A stretch of 64,000 nucleotides of DNA, taken from assembly GCA_051294375.1 (NCBI GenBank), contig CM119270.1:322713-386712 (forward strand), in the 5' to 3' direction. The notes under the pieces are model-generated. The model ran no database searches. It saw only the letters and a list, made by a program, of their open reading frames with translations, and had not been told where the DNA came from. Positions within the stretch are counted from its first letter, which is position 1, and each line of letters begins with the position of its first letter. Both the position numbers and the translations under genes were made by a program. This document shows positions 38,401-52,554 of the stretch, piece after piece. The DNA comes from Paraspadella gotoi (taxonomy: Eukaryota > Animalia > Chaetognatha).

Positions 38401-41130
38401 TTTTGTTATTGAGAAATAAAGCGTGCGGAAGTAAAGGCGATAAATAAAAGTTTTAGAAGGAATAAAAAGAGAGAGAGAAGAGAAAGAGAGAGAGGGATGA
38501 GAGAGGAAAGAGATGACGAGGAAAGGGGAGGGAGAAAGTGAGAAAGAGAGAGAGAGAGGAGTTTTCCCCAAAAGAGGACGGCATTATTAGGTGCACCTCT
38601 CGTTTTATCGGGTTATCCGTTGTCCGTGCGCAACGGCGTCGTGAAATTGTGGTCTATGTTTTGATTTTTTTTTATACACGTAAACGCGTATTAGGATCGA
38701 AGTGTTCTCGCAATTGTGTTACTTGTTGTTCGCAACGACCAGAAATCGAAGTTAAGTAAGTTATTGTATTTGGGATTTTGTATGAGATAAAATAATAAAG
38801 TGGCGATATTTAAAAGTTTAGAAAGAAAGAAATCCACGAAAATCTCGGATATAAATGGGCGTTAATGATGAAAGTTTTTTGAGAAAAAAAAGAGAGAGAA
38901 AGAGAGAGGGAGAGAGAGAGAGAGGAGAGAAGAGAGAGAAAGAGAGAGTAGAGAGAAAAAGGATTGTTCTTTTTTTTAGGTAAGAAATCCAGACCCGAGG
39001 TCAAATTTGAATATTTGCATATTTATTGAATTATAAGAATAGTTATCGAGCAACTCAGATATTATTATTTAAAAAAAATGTTAAAAATGATTAATATTAG
39101 TAGTACGAGCTAAAGATATTGTATAAATTAATAAGGAGACAAATTATCGAAATAACAATAAGAAGTAAGATGTTTATTTGAACTATAATGTCTCTGTATC
39201 CACAGGCTCACTATTGTGTGACGATATAAGTGTCTGGCAAGTAGTGGGCGCAGAAGTCCGGGTCCAAAGTTGCGAGGATAATTCAATTGAAAGGTAACCA
39301 ATATTTGGGTTTTTTTTTTAAAATTAATGTGATGCAATGCAGAGTTGGATAATTATTCGTGGACGAAGTGGCTGGGCGCATGTATAGTATGAATGGTCAC
39401 ATGTAGCGTGGATTTTATGATGTGATAATCGCATATGCGATGTAGTCTTAAGTTATTCTTCTGATTTTTTTTGAAAAGAAAAATAATAAAGGAGAGGGGA
39501 GAGAGATCGTAGTGGAGAGAGGAGAGAGAGAGAGAGAAGATGCGAGAAGAGAGATGAGAAAGAAATGATTATGATATTTATTTATTTATATTATTTGTAT
39601 ATATATTTATTGTTCTCTTTTTTTTTTTTTTTTGAAGCGCCGAATTTCTTTCCAATTATATCGCTGCAGATAATTAAGAATATTTTGGGGATTTTGTGTT
39701 TGGAAAAAAAAAGCGCGGAGATAAATGGCGATAATTGAATAAAGTTTTGAGAAGGCAAAAAAATAATCCAGAATTTTTCAAGAAAAAGAACGATCGTCAA
39801 TGAGTGAGGAGAGACAGAAAGCTACGATAAGGGAGAGAAAGAGAGGACAGAAGAGAAAAAGCAGAGACGGAAAGAGGACAGAAAGAGAGAGATAAGGCTG
39901 GAAGGACCACTGTAACAGGTCGACTTTGGTTGTGGATCTGGGTGCAGAACCGTGAACTCGTTTTTTAAGGGTTTAGTAGAAGAAGCAGCAACTGATCAAA
40001 TATAGGAAATGAAAATCTATATTCATATAGATTTAAGAGAAATAAAGAATAGGCTAGAAAGATGTGTTAAGCTGTGTTTGACAATGGCAATTTTTCCATT
40101 TTTTTCCATCGGTGTGCTTTATAAGAGATTTAATTTAATATTGTATTAAAAATTAAAATTATATTGCTTCTCATTAAAAGAACATCCTTTGAGTTTCCCA
40201 TTTTTATTAAAAATTTAAAGAGCCAGATTTTTTTTTGGATTTTCATCGTCAATATATGTACTTTTGGCGGAATATGGTAAGTGGTTAGATTAAGATTCAG
40301 TGTTTTTATATTACTACGATGTGTGGGAATTAGACTTCTAGGAGGAGTACTTAATCTCGATTTGGCTTTATGCATGTACATATAATGAAGGTGAAAATTC
40401 AAGACAAAAATACTTAGAATCCAAATGTATATGAAAAATTCGACAGCTATGTTTCAAGGGATGGAAAAGCCATCATCTTAAATTTTTAGACGCTTTCGAT
40501 TGAATCGGCAAACGACGTTTGGGTGCACAACTGTGTATCATATTCATAGATAAGTGGCTTTATGTTTAAGAAAAACGGGGTAAGGTCACAGGCCAATTAA
40601 ACCGTAGGTAGTTTTTAATATAGTGAAGAACAGCGTAGGGGAGCCGATCCGCATTGAGGATCGAGGGACGACGAGGGACGACTTACTGTTCACAACAGAG
40701 GGCAACCGCTAAATTCATATTTGAGCGAGAACACTGAATCCGCCGTTGCTGCAGCCGCGGTCGAAGCTCGATAAAAATTATATAAGGGATAACTTACTTC
40801 GGTACAGAGTGGGAAGCATTTAAAAGAAGTTTATTTTTGTTACATTTTATGGTTAGGTTTAAGTCGATTATTTTTAATATTTTTTTTATGCTCTTTGGTT
40901 AGAAATAGCCTCCATTCGACTCGCTACATCTCTAACGTCTTATGGTTGAAGCATCGATTTAAAGTGCTACTAAACCATACCAATTATACAAATACATGAA
41001 CGTTATCATGAATTGATTACAAGTCAGCATAACCTATTTCCCGGCGTATACGCGTACATCGCTCAATACAAGGTTTAATAAATGTATTATAGGTTAATCT
41101 TTGTTAAAACCTTTAGATCTAGAATTTCGG
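20400..41130 (+). other. Noisy long-read copy (second haplotype or redundant fill) of ~41400-52005
   Basis: Collinear anchors: 20460~41455, 23410~44100, 26500~44745, 29330~46975, 33760~49950, 35120~51100, 40780~51670, 41115~51990. Differences are dominated by scattered indels, and the copy ends near the 25-N gap 41193-41217. Confidence 0.9.
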
Positions 41131-41975
41131 CTGTCGCGGGGCTATAATACCTGGGTAGGTGCGGGGATTCTGGGCGCAAGGCATCCGGTGAGNNNNNNNN
41201 NNNNNNNNNNNNNNNNNCGAGAGGAGAGAAGGAGATGCGTGAGAGTAGAGAGAGCGAGATTGATCTTCTACGAGAGCAGAGAGGACGACGGTATGACTCT
41301 AATCTAAAGTTGTAGTAATGACAGTCTTTATGCGCTCTTTGTCCCCTTGGCCCCACGCACCGTCTGCTCTCCTCTCTCCTCGTCTCTCTCTTCTCTCTCT
41401 CTCTCTCTCGTCTCTCTCTTCTCTCTCTCTCTCCTCTCTCTCTTTCTCTCTCACTCTTCTCTTTAACTCTCTACTCTCGTCCGCTGGTTTGGGTTCTCTG
41501 CCAGAAGAACCAGAAACAAAAAAAATTTCGCTTTGCGAAATTAAGTCGGGCATGCGACGGAAGTCCGCCATCTTTTTTTTTCCCTGTTGCCGAATTTGGC
41601 AAAGTTAGCGAACAATAAGAAAAGCTAAAGCACGAGAGAGAGGAGCGGAGAGATGAGAGAGACTGAGATGAAGACCGAAGCGGGACAGACTGATGAGAGA
41701 TCGATGAAGGGCTGCAGACCTGGTGAGAGATAGAGAGAAGAGAGTCACGGAGCTAACCGTGAATCGATATCTGATGGAGCGACCTCCCGATCAAACCTAT
41801 TGAAGCTGGCCTTCGCGAGTAGATCGTTTACTCCGCGGCGAAACAGAAATAGAGAACAAGAAAAATCTATTAAATAAAGATTCTCTTTTCATTTTTCAAT
41901 TTCCATTTCCTTCACTACGTCAAATTACGAGCGCGTATTTCCATTCCGGAGACAACCGATTCTCTCTCTCTCCTC

Positions 41976-42032
<57 letters not shown>

Positions 42033-42776
42033 GTCTCTGTCTCCGTATTTGGTTCTCAGCCAATAATCGAGGAAGTTAAAAAAGTGAATCGAAGAAAAAT
42101 TGAAATTTTTTTCTCTTTTTCCTAATTTTTTTTTTCTTTCCGATTTTTCATCAATTTTACTTTTTGTCTCTTCCTCCTCCTCATCCTCCTCCTCCATCTA
42201 CTCCTCCTAATCCTTCTCTTCCTCTTCCACTCCTCTTCCTCCTCATCCTCCTCTTCCTTTTTTTTCTTCTTCTTCACCCTCTCTCTCTTTTTCCTCTCCT
42301 CTTCCTCCTCCTGCTCTTCTTCCTCCTCCTCCATCCCCTCCTTTTCTTCTTCCTCCTCTACCTCCCCCTGCTCTTCCTCCTCCTCCTCCTCCTCTATCCC
42401 CTCCTTTTCCTCCTCCTTTTCCTCCTCCCACCTTCACTTTCATATTTATAAATGAAACTCTTGAAGTCAAGAAAACGAGAAAAAAAAAAACAAAATACTT
42501 TTTTCACTTTTTTATTTTTTTCCATTTTTCTGTTATCCAATTGTTTGTTTTGGTTTTACCCTAATTTGATATTTTATAATCGTCATTATTCATTAGTCAA
42601 CTAGGTACAAGTGAATCACACAATGTCCTGTAATAGTACATCAGTAAAAAANNNNNNNNNNNNNNNNNNNNNNNNNNNNNNNNNNNNNNNNNNNNNNNNN
42701 NNNNNNNNNNNNNNNNNNNNNNNNNNNNNNNNNNNNNNNNNNNNNNNNNNNNNNNNNNNNNNNNNNNNNNNNNNNN

Positions 42777-42812
<36 letters not shown>

Positions 42813-43903
42813 AATTAAAAAGGCAGGGACTCATTAGGATTCGGCTCTCGTTTCACGTTAGGGTTAAATTTATTTTCTCTCGCTCCAGCGAACAACCGAT
42901 ATTCGACCGTAGGTCTACAGGGTAGCCAATGTGCCATAATGCCAGTTAGTCATCGTGCGCGATCTCCTCTGTGCCAGTTAGTCATTTTGTAAGAGAGCCA
43001 TTGTGCCATAATGCCAGTTAGTCCTTTTGCAATATTGCGAGTCTGCAATCCAGATGGTCTCCCAGTTAGCGTGAAAATCTGTATTTTATAATCTCTGCCA
43101 GCTTTGCCTATTGTATGGCAATTTCAACGTTTCTATAATAATTATTTTTATATTATATTCTACTGTCATTTTAAATGCTAATAGTTGTTAATATAAGTCT
43201 GGGCGAAATAGACTTTAATGGCCAGTGGCCACTGTCCTCCAAGTCACTTCTTTTTAAATCCCCTTCCTTCTTTGACTTTCCCTTTTCCACTCCTAACTTT
43301 CCTACTTCGTCCCTTTCCTACCCCTAACCTCCCTCTCTCTCTCTCTCCTCCCTCTCTCCCTCTTTCCTCCCTNNNNNNNNNNNNNNNNNNNNNNNNNNNN
43401 NNNNNNNNNNNNNNNNNNNNNNNNNNNNNNNNNNNNNNNNNNNNNNNNNNNNNNNNNNNNNNNNNNNNNNNNNNNNNNNNNNNNNNNNNNNNNNNNNNNN
43501 NNNNNNNNNNNNNNNNNNNNNNNNNNNNNNNNNNNNNNNNNNNNNNNNNNNNNNNNNNNNNNNNNNNNNNNNNNNNNNNNNNNNNNNNNNNNNNNNNNNN
43601 NNNNNNNNNNNNNNNNNNNNNNNNNNNNNNNNNNNNNNNNNNNNNNNNNNNNNNCGACTCACGATCCAAGATGTCACGTGACTTTTACTTGAAAGTTTTG
43701 TATTTCTTACCGATTGGATATATTGTTCATTTCCAAAAAAAATTAAAATGTTAAAATTTTAAATGTTTAAAAATAAAATTAAAGGTTAACTTTTAAAGGA
43801 GCTTTAAGCCTTAGGGGACTTTAAGGGGTGTTTAGAAAAATTCGAAAATTAAAACCTGAAAACGAAAGATAAAAGTTGATGAGTTTTGCAATGGAATCCA
43901 TGA

Positions 43904-43942
<39 letters not shown>

Positions 43943-45079
43943 NNNNNNNNNNNNNNNNNNNNNNNNNNNNNNNNNNNNNNNNNNNNNNNNNNNNNNNNNN
44001 NNNNNNNNNNNNNNNNNNNNNNNNNNNNNNNNNNNNNNNNNNNNNNNNNNNNNNNNNNNNNNNNNNNNNNNAGAGAGAGGGAGAAAGAGAGAGAGAGAGA
44101 CAAGAAGTGAAAAAAGATAAGAATCTTTTCTTTCCCTTGGGCTTCAGTTAATGAGGCGGCTGTAGTTTTCCTGCCGTTTTCCCAATCTCCCCATCTCTCG
44201 CCTGGCTGCATCTGCCTGCATATGCCTGCACCTCCCAGCACCTGCCTGCATATACCTGCATCTTCTTCGGGATCATTTTCCCAATCAACCAACCAACCAA
44301 ACTAACTAACTTACTTACTTACTAACTAACTAACTCATTAACCAACCAACCAACCAACCAACAAAACAACCNNNNNNNNNNNNNNNNNNNNNNNNNNNNN
44401 NNNNNNNNNNNNNNNNNNNNNNNNNNNNNNNNNNNNNNNNNNNNNNNNNNNNNNNNNNNNNNNNNNNNNNNNNNNNNNNNNNNNNNNNNNNNNNNNNNNN
44501 NNNNNNNNNNNNNNNNNNNNNNNNNNNNNNNNNNNNNNNNNNNNNNNNNNNNNNNNNNNNNNNNNNNNNNNNNNNNNNNNNNNNNNNNNNNNNNNNNNNN
44601 NNNNNNNNNNNNNNNNNNNNNNNNNNNNNNNNNNNNNNNNNNNNNNNNNNNNNNNNNNNNNNNNNNNNNNNNNNNNNNNNNNNNNNNNNNNNNNNNNNNN
44701 NNNNNNNNNNNNNNNNNNCTTTCTTGTCTTTAATAACTAAACTTACCTTTTCACCTTCCCTCACTTTTTCTTTCTCGCGGAAAAATTGTGAATGAAAAAA
44801 AATATAATTAGATTCGAGGCTAAATTATCAGTTGAGAGAAAAAAAGAAAAAAAAATTATAATCGAAAAAAAAAATACTTTGAAAACTTTATGTAATAAAA
44901 ATAAAATGATACTTAAACAAAAAAAATATATTTTGTACTTTAGACGATAAACTGCGTTTAATATGAATTATTATTTCATACTTTTAATCTTATTCCATAT
45001 GATTCCCTTCTGTTTAACCTTTCTTCATATTTTGTCTTTGTTTTCGCTGTTGTCATTAGTTATTGCTGTCGAGGCAGTG

Positions 45080-45226
45080 ATCATCATCATCATAACCGTC
45101 ATCGTCGTCGTCATCGTCGTCGTCATTCTTCGTCGTCATCATCGTCGTTGTCATTGTCATTGTTGTCATCATCGTCATCGTGATCGTCGTCTTCATTGTC
45201 ATTGTCATCATCGTAACCGTCATCAT

Positions 45227-45257
<31 letters not shown>
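45080..45257. repeat. (TCA/TCG)n trinucleotide microsatellite
   Basis: Mixed catcatcgtcgt tract, source of the spurious His/Thr/Val-rich ORFs. Confidence 0.9.
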
Positions 45258-45370
45258 TCTCTTGTCCCCCAGAGATTTAACGAGTTTATAACCAAGAAAA
45301 ACATTTCTCGTCCAACATTTGAGTTGACCTTTTGTTTTTTTTTTATCCTTTTTCTATTGAGACTTATGAT

Positions 45371-45425
<55 letters not shown>

Positions 45426-46215
45426 ACTCTCTCTCTCTCACTTTATCTCTTTTCTTTTTTTCTTTTCTTTTTTATTCTTAAATCTATAGACGACTGACTA
45501 AACAAGAGGCACAAATTTGTAATGAAAGAGATAATACATTCAGATATTGATAACTTAGTAACATCTAAACATTAGAATATCTGTGTCGGGCTTTTAATCA
45601 TGTCTACAGTGAGGAGAAAACGACAGACAGACAAATTTACAAACATTTTACTGACATATGGACGAGAGAGAGAGAGAGAGAATGAGAGAGAGAGAGAGAG
45701 AGAGGGAGAGAGAAAAAGAGAGAGAGACTCAAGTGAATTTAAATCTCTTCCAAACGAATTTTTGAATCATTGATGAACCATTTATGGACAAAGGAGGAGG
45801 AAAGAAGGAGAAAGATGAGGAGGAGTAGGAGAAGGAAGAGGAGGGGGAGTAAGAGGACGAAGAGGAGGAGTATGAGGAGGAAGAGGAAGAGTAAGAGGAG
45901 AAGAAATAGGAGGAGGAGGAATTAAAAAAATGGATAGAATAATGAGAATAAAAAAAGTAACAAAAGAAAAAAGAATAAAAAAAATATAATACAAAGAAAA
46001 CATAATTATATTTTAATATGTTAATTTTTCTACATAATATTTATCGATGACATGAATCTCTCATTTAACTAGAACAGAAAAAATCTAAAACACACACAAC
46101 AACAACAACGATTATGAAATCAATGGAATTTCTTTTTATTTTCTTTTTCCAAATGGAATTTCTCTCCCAATTTTATTTTCGGGTTATATCGCAATAATTT
46201 ATCCTCAACTGAGAA

Positions 46216-46358
<143 letters not shown>

Positions 46359-47043
46359 TAAAGAGAGAGAGGAACAGTTATGGCTGCCGTAAGAGAGAGG
46401 AAATCGGGTGTAAATTTACGCCGCCTTCGCCGAAGGTTTAATTCATATTCAACAAAAAAAGAGAAAGAAAGAAAGAAAGAAATAAATAAATAAAGAGAGA
46501 ATACAAGAAAGAAAGAAAGAAATAAAGAGAGAATACAAGAAAGAAAGAAAAAAGAAATAAAGAAAGAAAGAATGAAAGAAAGAAAGAAAGAAAGATAGAA
46601 AAAAAGATATAAGAAAAAAAGAAAAAAGAGAAAGAGAGAAAGAAATAGAAAAAGAATTAGAGAAAGAAAGAGAGAAAGAAAGAAATAAAGAAATAACGAA
46701 AAGAAGAAAGAGAGAAAGAAATAAAGAAATAGAGAAAGAAAGAAAGAAAGAGGCCATGAAGCTCGAAGGGCGGAATCCGAATATACATGGATGAAAGAAA
46801 AAGAGGTTAAAAAGAAATAGTAAAGAAATTTAGACTACAATAAACAATAAACAAATTAATATAAACTAACGAAATTAGAATCTAACTAAATAAACAAACA
46901 TTCTTTTTAATAACGACTCTATCTCTCTTCTCTCTCTCTCTCTCTGTCTCTCTCTCTTTCTCTCTTCCTCTCTCTTTTTAACTCGCACAAAAATTCACAT
47001 TGCTCTCTCGGTGTTCATGTCTTTTGCTCTTGCTCACTCTCGA

Positions 47044-47079
<36 letters not shown>

Positions 47080-49529
47080 NNNNNNNNNNNNNNNNNNNNN
47101 NNNNNNNNNNNNNNNNNNNNNNNNNNNNNNNNNNNNNNNNNNNNNNNNNNNNNNNNNNNNNNNNNNNNNNNNNNNNNNNNNNNNNNNNNNNNNNNNNNNN
47201 NNNNNNNNNNNNNNNNNNNNNNNNNNNNNNNNNNNNNNNNNNNNNNNNNNNNNNNNNNNNNNNNNNNNNNNNNNNNNNNNNNNNNNNNNNNNNNNNNNNN
47301 NNNNNNNNNNNNNNNNNNNNNNNNNNNNNNNNNNNNNNNNNNNNNNNNNNNNNNNNNNNNNNNCACTTCATCTGCCTCTCTCTCACAGGCTTTTATTTCT
47401 GGCTGGTTGAACGCAACACGTTTAAGAAACGTTTACAAAGTGTCACTCTGAAAATTTTCACCTTTTCTTTGCTCAATATTTTTCGAAAACGTGACATCGT
47501 TGCCACAACCCGTGTCACTCTGAAACCCATTTGGTTTGTTGCCAATGTTTTTAAAACTTTTCATTTTAAAATTAACAAAACAAAAAGTTCCTATTATCTT
47601 AAACGTCTTTCAGACTGATGTTCATCTGTTAAATTACGCATCTGAAATTTTCTGACAGAAAAAAGAAAATTCTTTTCATCGAAATTTCTTGCTCTNNNNN
47701 NNNNNNNNNNNNNNNNNNNNNNNNNNNNNNNNNNNNNNNNNNNNNNNNNNNNNNNNNNNNNNNNNNNNNNNNNNNNNNNNNNNNNNNNNNNNNNNNNNNN
47801 NNNNNNNNNNNNNNNNNNNNNNNNNNCAATTTAAATATATTATTTTCCTTTCGCTCTCTCTCCTCTCTCTCTCTCTCTCTCTGACTCTCTCTCTCTCTCT
47901 CTCTCTTCTCTCTTCTCTCTCTCTCTCTCTCTCTCTCTTCTCTTCTCTCTCTCTCTGGTTTCCTGGAGCCTTCGTTGTCGTTGTTGTCGTTGTCGTCGTC
48001 TTTTCTTGTTATTCTTATTTATCACACTATATAGTAAATACGGAAATTTAAATCAAGAAGAACATAATTTAGGATAAAAAATGCATAATAATTAAAATAA
48101 TTACTAATTATTAATTAGTAAATGTAAATTTGAAAAATTTTGAGACTTGAAAATTTTAGTAATTTTTCTATTTTAATTTTAAGCAATATTAAAATTAGAA
48201 TTCATTTCGGTAATTAAATTAATGAACAGAATTAGGTCGCTTTCGTGAAATATTTCCACCGAACCTGCGTTCCCCTTCGCTCTCGATTTCTCTAACCTGA
48301 GTATTGAAGCGGGAGCCGACCAAATTCAAAATTGAGTGCGATATGACTTAGCAACTAAGTCGAAATACTTGGGAAAAAAATTGTTTCTGTTTTGCACTGT
48401 ATTTATCCATAATGAAAATATACTCGTACATTATAATTTTTATCTCTTTCTTTTTTTTCTTCTTTTTTTCTTTCCTTCTTTATTTCTTTCTTTATTTAAT
48501 TAATTCTTTTTTTCTTTCTTTCTATCTTGTTTTATTCTCACTTCTCTCCTTCTTATCTATTCCTTTGTCTCACTTCTCTCTCTCCTTTCCTTTCTATGTC
48601 ATCTTTCTTATCTTTTCTCCCTTCATCTCCAAAATGTTTACTGGACGCAAAAAAGGTTAAGGGTTTTTCCTCATCTTAACTCATGACATCCATTGGACTA
48701 AGGCTCATCTTCTATGATTTTCTCAACTCCTAAGTCATTTTTACATTTGTGGGAACTGGGAAGTAAATAAATAGATTACTTAAGTATTATTAATGAATTT
48801 AATGACTTAATGTATTTTATATCCTAAAAACTTTATCAATTTTATCCATTTATTCACCGTCGTTTACTCTTTAGAAGTTATATTGTTAAATATACCAATG
48901 TTTTTAGACAATGTTTTTAAAACTTTTCGCCTTTATACTTTTCAACAGCTCAACTTTTGCTCAACTTCTCTTCTTTTCAACTCCTCAACTTGAGCTCAAC
49001 TTCTCATCTCCTCGCCTTTGTTTAGCGCCCTCCGCCTTTTTCACTAAGGAAGAAACAAACGTGAAATCGTTGAACCAAAATTTGTGAACAATTTTTAAAA
49101 AAATATTTATAATGCATTAACAGTTAAGTATATGGCCAAATTGTAATTATTTTTTTTAAATTATAAGAATCAATTATCAATTTTAAATAAAATGTTTAAA
49201 AAATTTACAAAAATATCTCAGCCTGTTAACTAAGAGAGAGCAGGTATTATTTTTTTTTAAAACCTTTTTAAATAAATTATAGAATATTATTAAAATTAGT
49301 ATATTAAAAAAAATAATCTATTTTTTATATATATAGTATTTGGAAATTCTATTTCCTTCATCTGCCTTCCGTAGTGAAGCGGTTCCCAGTGCGGACTCAT
49401 AAAGTGGATAAATGATTTCGTATCTTCTTTCTCTCTGGCGCGGGATGAGAGAGAGAGAGAGAGGGAGAGAATCTCTTTGTGTTGTTGGGACATTACGGAT
49501 GAGACTGGCCTCTTTAAGTCGCGCTCTTT

Positions 49530-49615
<86 letters not shown>

Positions 49616-49799
49616 CTCCTTCCGCTATTCAGTTATCCTACACCATCCATCGCCCCGAAGTGAAGGTGGTCAGAAAACAACAACAACAACAACAGTTGTT
49701 GATGACTTGCAGTTGCAGAATACGGTGGCGACATAAGGAATCAACACTGTATTTTATCGTTACAATGAAAGAAAAAAAATAAATAAAGAAAGAAAGATA

Positions 49800-49824
49800 G
49801 GAAGAAAGAAAGAAAAAAAGAAAG

Positions 49825-49907
<83 letters not shown>

Positions 49908-49910
49908 GAA
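49800..49910. repeat. (GAAA)n microsatellite
   Basis: Long aaagaaag run. Confidence 0.95.
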
Positions 49911-50089
49911 AAGAAAGAGAAAAGTAGAAAAGATAAACGCCAAACCTACACTTCGGTGCTCTGCTGATGAATATGCTGAAAGCCGCCGCCGCCGTCGCCG
50001 CAGCGCCGCCTCGTAACCTTTTTCGAACAACTTAAAGATTCGTTTAACGTTTAATAAAAAACGAGATCAAAAAAGGGGAAAATTATGAA

Positions 50090-50147
<58 letters not shown>

Positions 50148-50707
50148 TTTATATTAACGTTTTTAAACTGGATAAACTAAATAAAAAACATAGGATCCTT
50201 TTCGGAAAATTATATTCATGGCACTAGTCCTTTGTTTTTTTCAAGTTCTGTCGATCGTCACTAGATGTCAGCTACTTCATTAAAACACATTTCGTCAAAC
50301 AAAATGACAAGCCAGGTATTTATAAAAACCGCTCTGAATATAAAAATTGGGGAAATTTATAAAAAAGTAAAATTTAATGTACTAATTGAATAACGATAAT
50401 ACGTTTTAAAATTATTTCTTGCTTTATTAAGTAAAGAAACAACATATATAAAGCGAGGTTCTTATAACCCAGCATATAAACCTGATGGTCGGATGTTGTG
50501 TACTGGGGGCATTTTAAGTAGAGAAGTCAGATTTGGACCACAAGCGCCCAGCGTCAATCTTAACCCTGATAGAGAGAGCGAGAGAGAGAGGGAGAGTGAG
50601 AGAGAGGGAGAGAGAGGGAGAGGCTCTCTAAATTCTATTGGGTGAACTACCTCATTATCAATCAGAGACGAAATTGCCCAGGGAGAGAGGAAGTCCCTGA
50701 GCATATT

Positions 50708-50746
<39 letters not shown>

Positions 50747-51016
50747 TTTCCTTCTCCCTCCTTTAACAATATTAAGAAAACCATTTTTTCCCCATTTTTT
50801 CAGAAAAAAAAATTACGCTATTGCCTCTTCTGTTTTGCGTAAATTTGTCTACTATTAAGTTACTTTTTAGTTAATTTAGTTAATTCTGCGTTTTAAAAAA
50901 AATTGTTGGTGATTCAAACTGTTAATTAGTTTAAACTTCAAAAGTTTACGAATAAAAAGTGAACCCAACGAGGGCCATTTGTTGCTACCATACATAGAAT
51001 TTTATATAATAAATCT

Positions 51017-51055
<39 letters not shown>

Positions 51056-51087
51056 TTTAATGCGAGGAGCAGAATTATCAAAACACG

Positions 51088-51176
51088 GGATCTAAAATTA
51101 GTTCCGGATTTCACTGCGATATCGAATCGCGGCCGCCGGGAGCCCGGGTTCGAACCCCGGGCGATCTAATTTTTTT
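51088..51176 (+). pseudogene. tRNA-derived fragment (tRNA pseudogene or SINE head)
   Basis: T-arm/B-box CCCGGGTTCGAACCCCGGG at 51143-51161, followed by an oligo-T tract. No complete cloverleaf or anticodon can be assigned. A noisy copy lies at ~35105-35200. Confidence 0.5.
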
Positions 51177-52554
51177 CTCTATCTTTGTTGAATATTCGAG
51201 GCAGCTGGAAGTTGAGAAGTTCCGTTTTTTAGTCACGGCTTCGACTGTGATTCTATAATTCAATCTTCGGATCTGTTTTTCTGTCTGTCTCGTTGTCAGT
51301 ATATATATATCTGTCTGTATTTGTCTCTCCGTAGATAATTCATTTATTAATGGAAGATAAAAAAATAAAATTTGTTCTTAAAAAAGGGCTATCATCAAAA
51401 ATTTGTATTTTTGGAGAACTAATGAGAATGAAGCAAAGAGGAGGAAGAGGAGGAGGAGGAGGAAGAGGAGGAGGAGGAAGTATCTGATTGATCAAGTATT
51501 TTGAACGTCACTCGCTGATTGGTCAAGTATTTTAAACGTCGCTCGTTTATTGGTCAGTCCTTATGACTATTGTTATAAAAGAGATGTGCTTACCTAAAAC
51601 TATAAGGATTCTATATTCAATTTTTTTATTCAATTGTGTTAATATCGTTATTGTTATTAATAAAAAAAATATAAGGATAACTTACTTCGTGACAGTGGGA
51701 AAGCATTTAAAAAATGTTATTTTTTTTTAATTTTATGGTTACGTTTAAGTCGATTATTTTTAATAATTTTTTTTATCTCTTATGTTTAGAAATAGCCTCC
51801 CTTCGACTCTCTACATGCTCTACGTCTTATGTTACATCATTTTAGTCTACTAACATACAAATTATAAAAAAAAGAACTTTATATGAATTATTAACAAGTC
51901 AGCATACACTATTTTCCGGCGTTACGGTACAATCCTCAATACAAGTTAATAAATGTATTAGTTAAAGCCGTGAAATTTCGGTTAAAAACCTTTAGATCTA
52001 GAATTCGTAAATTGAATGGCAGATAAAATTTGTCTGGCGTTGTGTGTGTTACGTACGTAATGCGTATGTAGGTTAAATCTCTCCAAGGAAGATGGGTATC
52101 TAGCTAAAGGTAGGTTCTGACTAGGCCCTCATCAGGTAAAAGAGGTAAGTAGGGTAAGGGATATATTGGTAATAGGAAAATATGTATAACGAAGGGAGCA
52201 AGGATACATAAAAGGGTGAGAAGGGAGAAGTAAGGTTTGCAGACCCGGAGACCGAGCTAAGTTGTTGTGAAGCCGATCTCTAAGACTCTATCCGTGACTC
52301 CGGGGATGAAGAGGAGGGGACGACGAGGGGAGGAGGAGGAGGAGGAGGCGTTGAGAGGGAGGAGTGAAGACCCGGGGGGAGAGAGGCCCTGGCGGTAGGG
52401 TGAGCCTCTATCCTGCTCTCATATTCATTTTTTTTTTGCCAGGCATTGGATTTGCGTGCCTCACGTTGCTTTGCATCGATACCCTTCTTCATAAATAACC
52501 TTGTTTTGTATGTATTATATTTTATTGTATATATACATGTGTATATATATGTAT

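Noticed and set aside
20400-41130. Dozens of Ser/Leu/Phe- or Arg/Glu-rich ORFs
   Set aside because: Translations of (TC)/(AG) microsatellites in an indel-noisy read; not preserved in the cleaner duplicate.
49953-50010. Hammerhead-like CTGATGA...GAAA...GTC
   Set aside because: Stems II and III and the proximal stem I do not pair; the GC flank is a (GCC)n run.
52280-52492. 70-aa minus ORF with poly-Pro
   Set aside because: Partly a (GGA)n repeat, with no splice or domain support.
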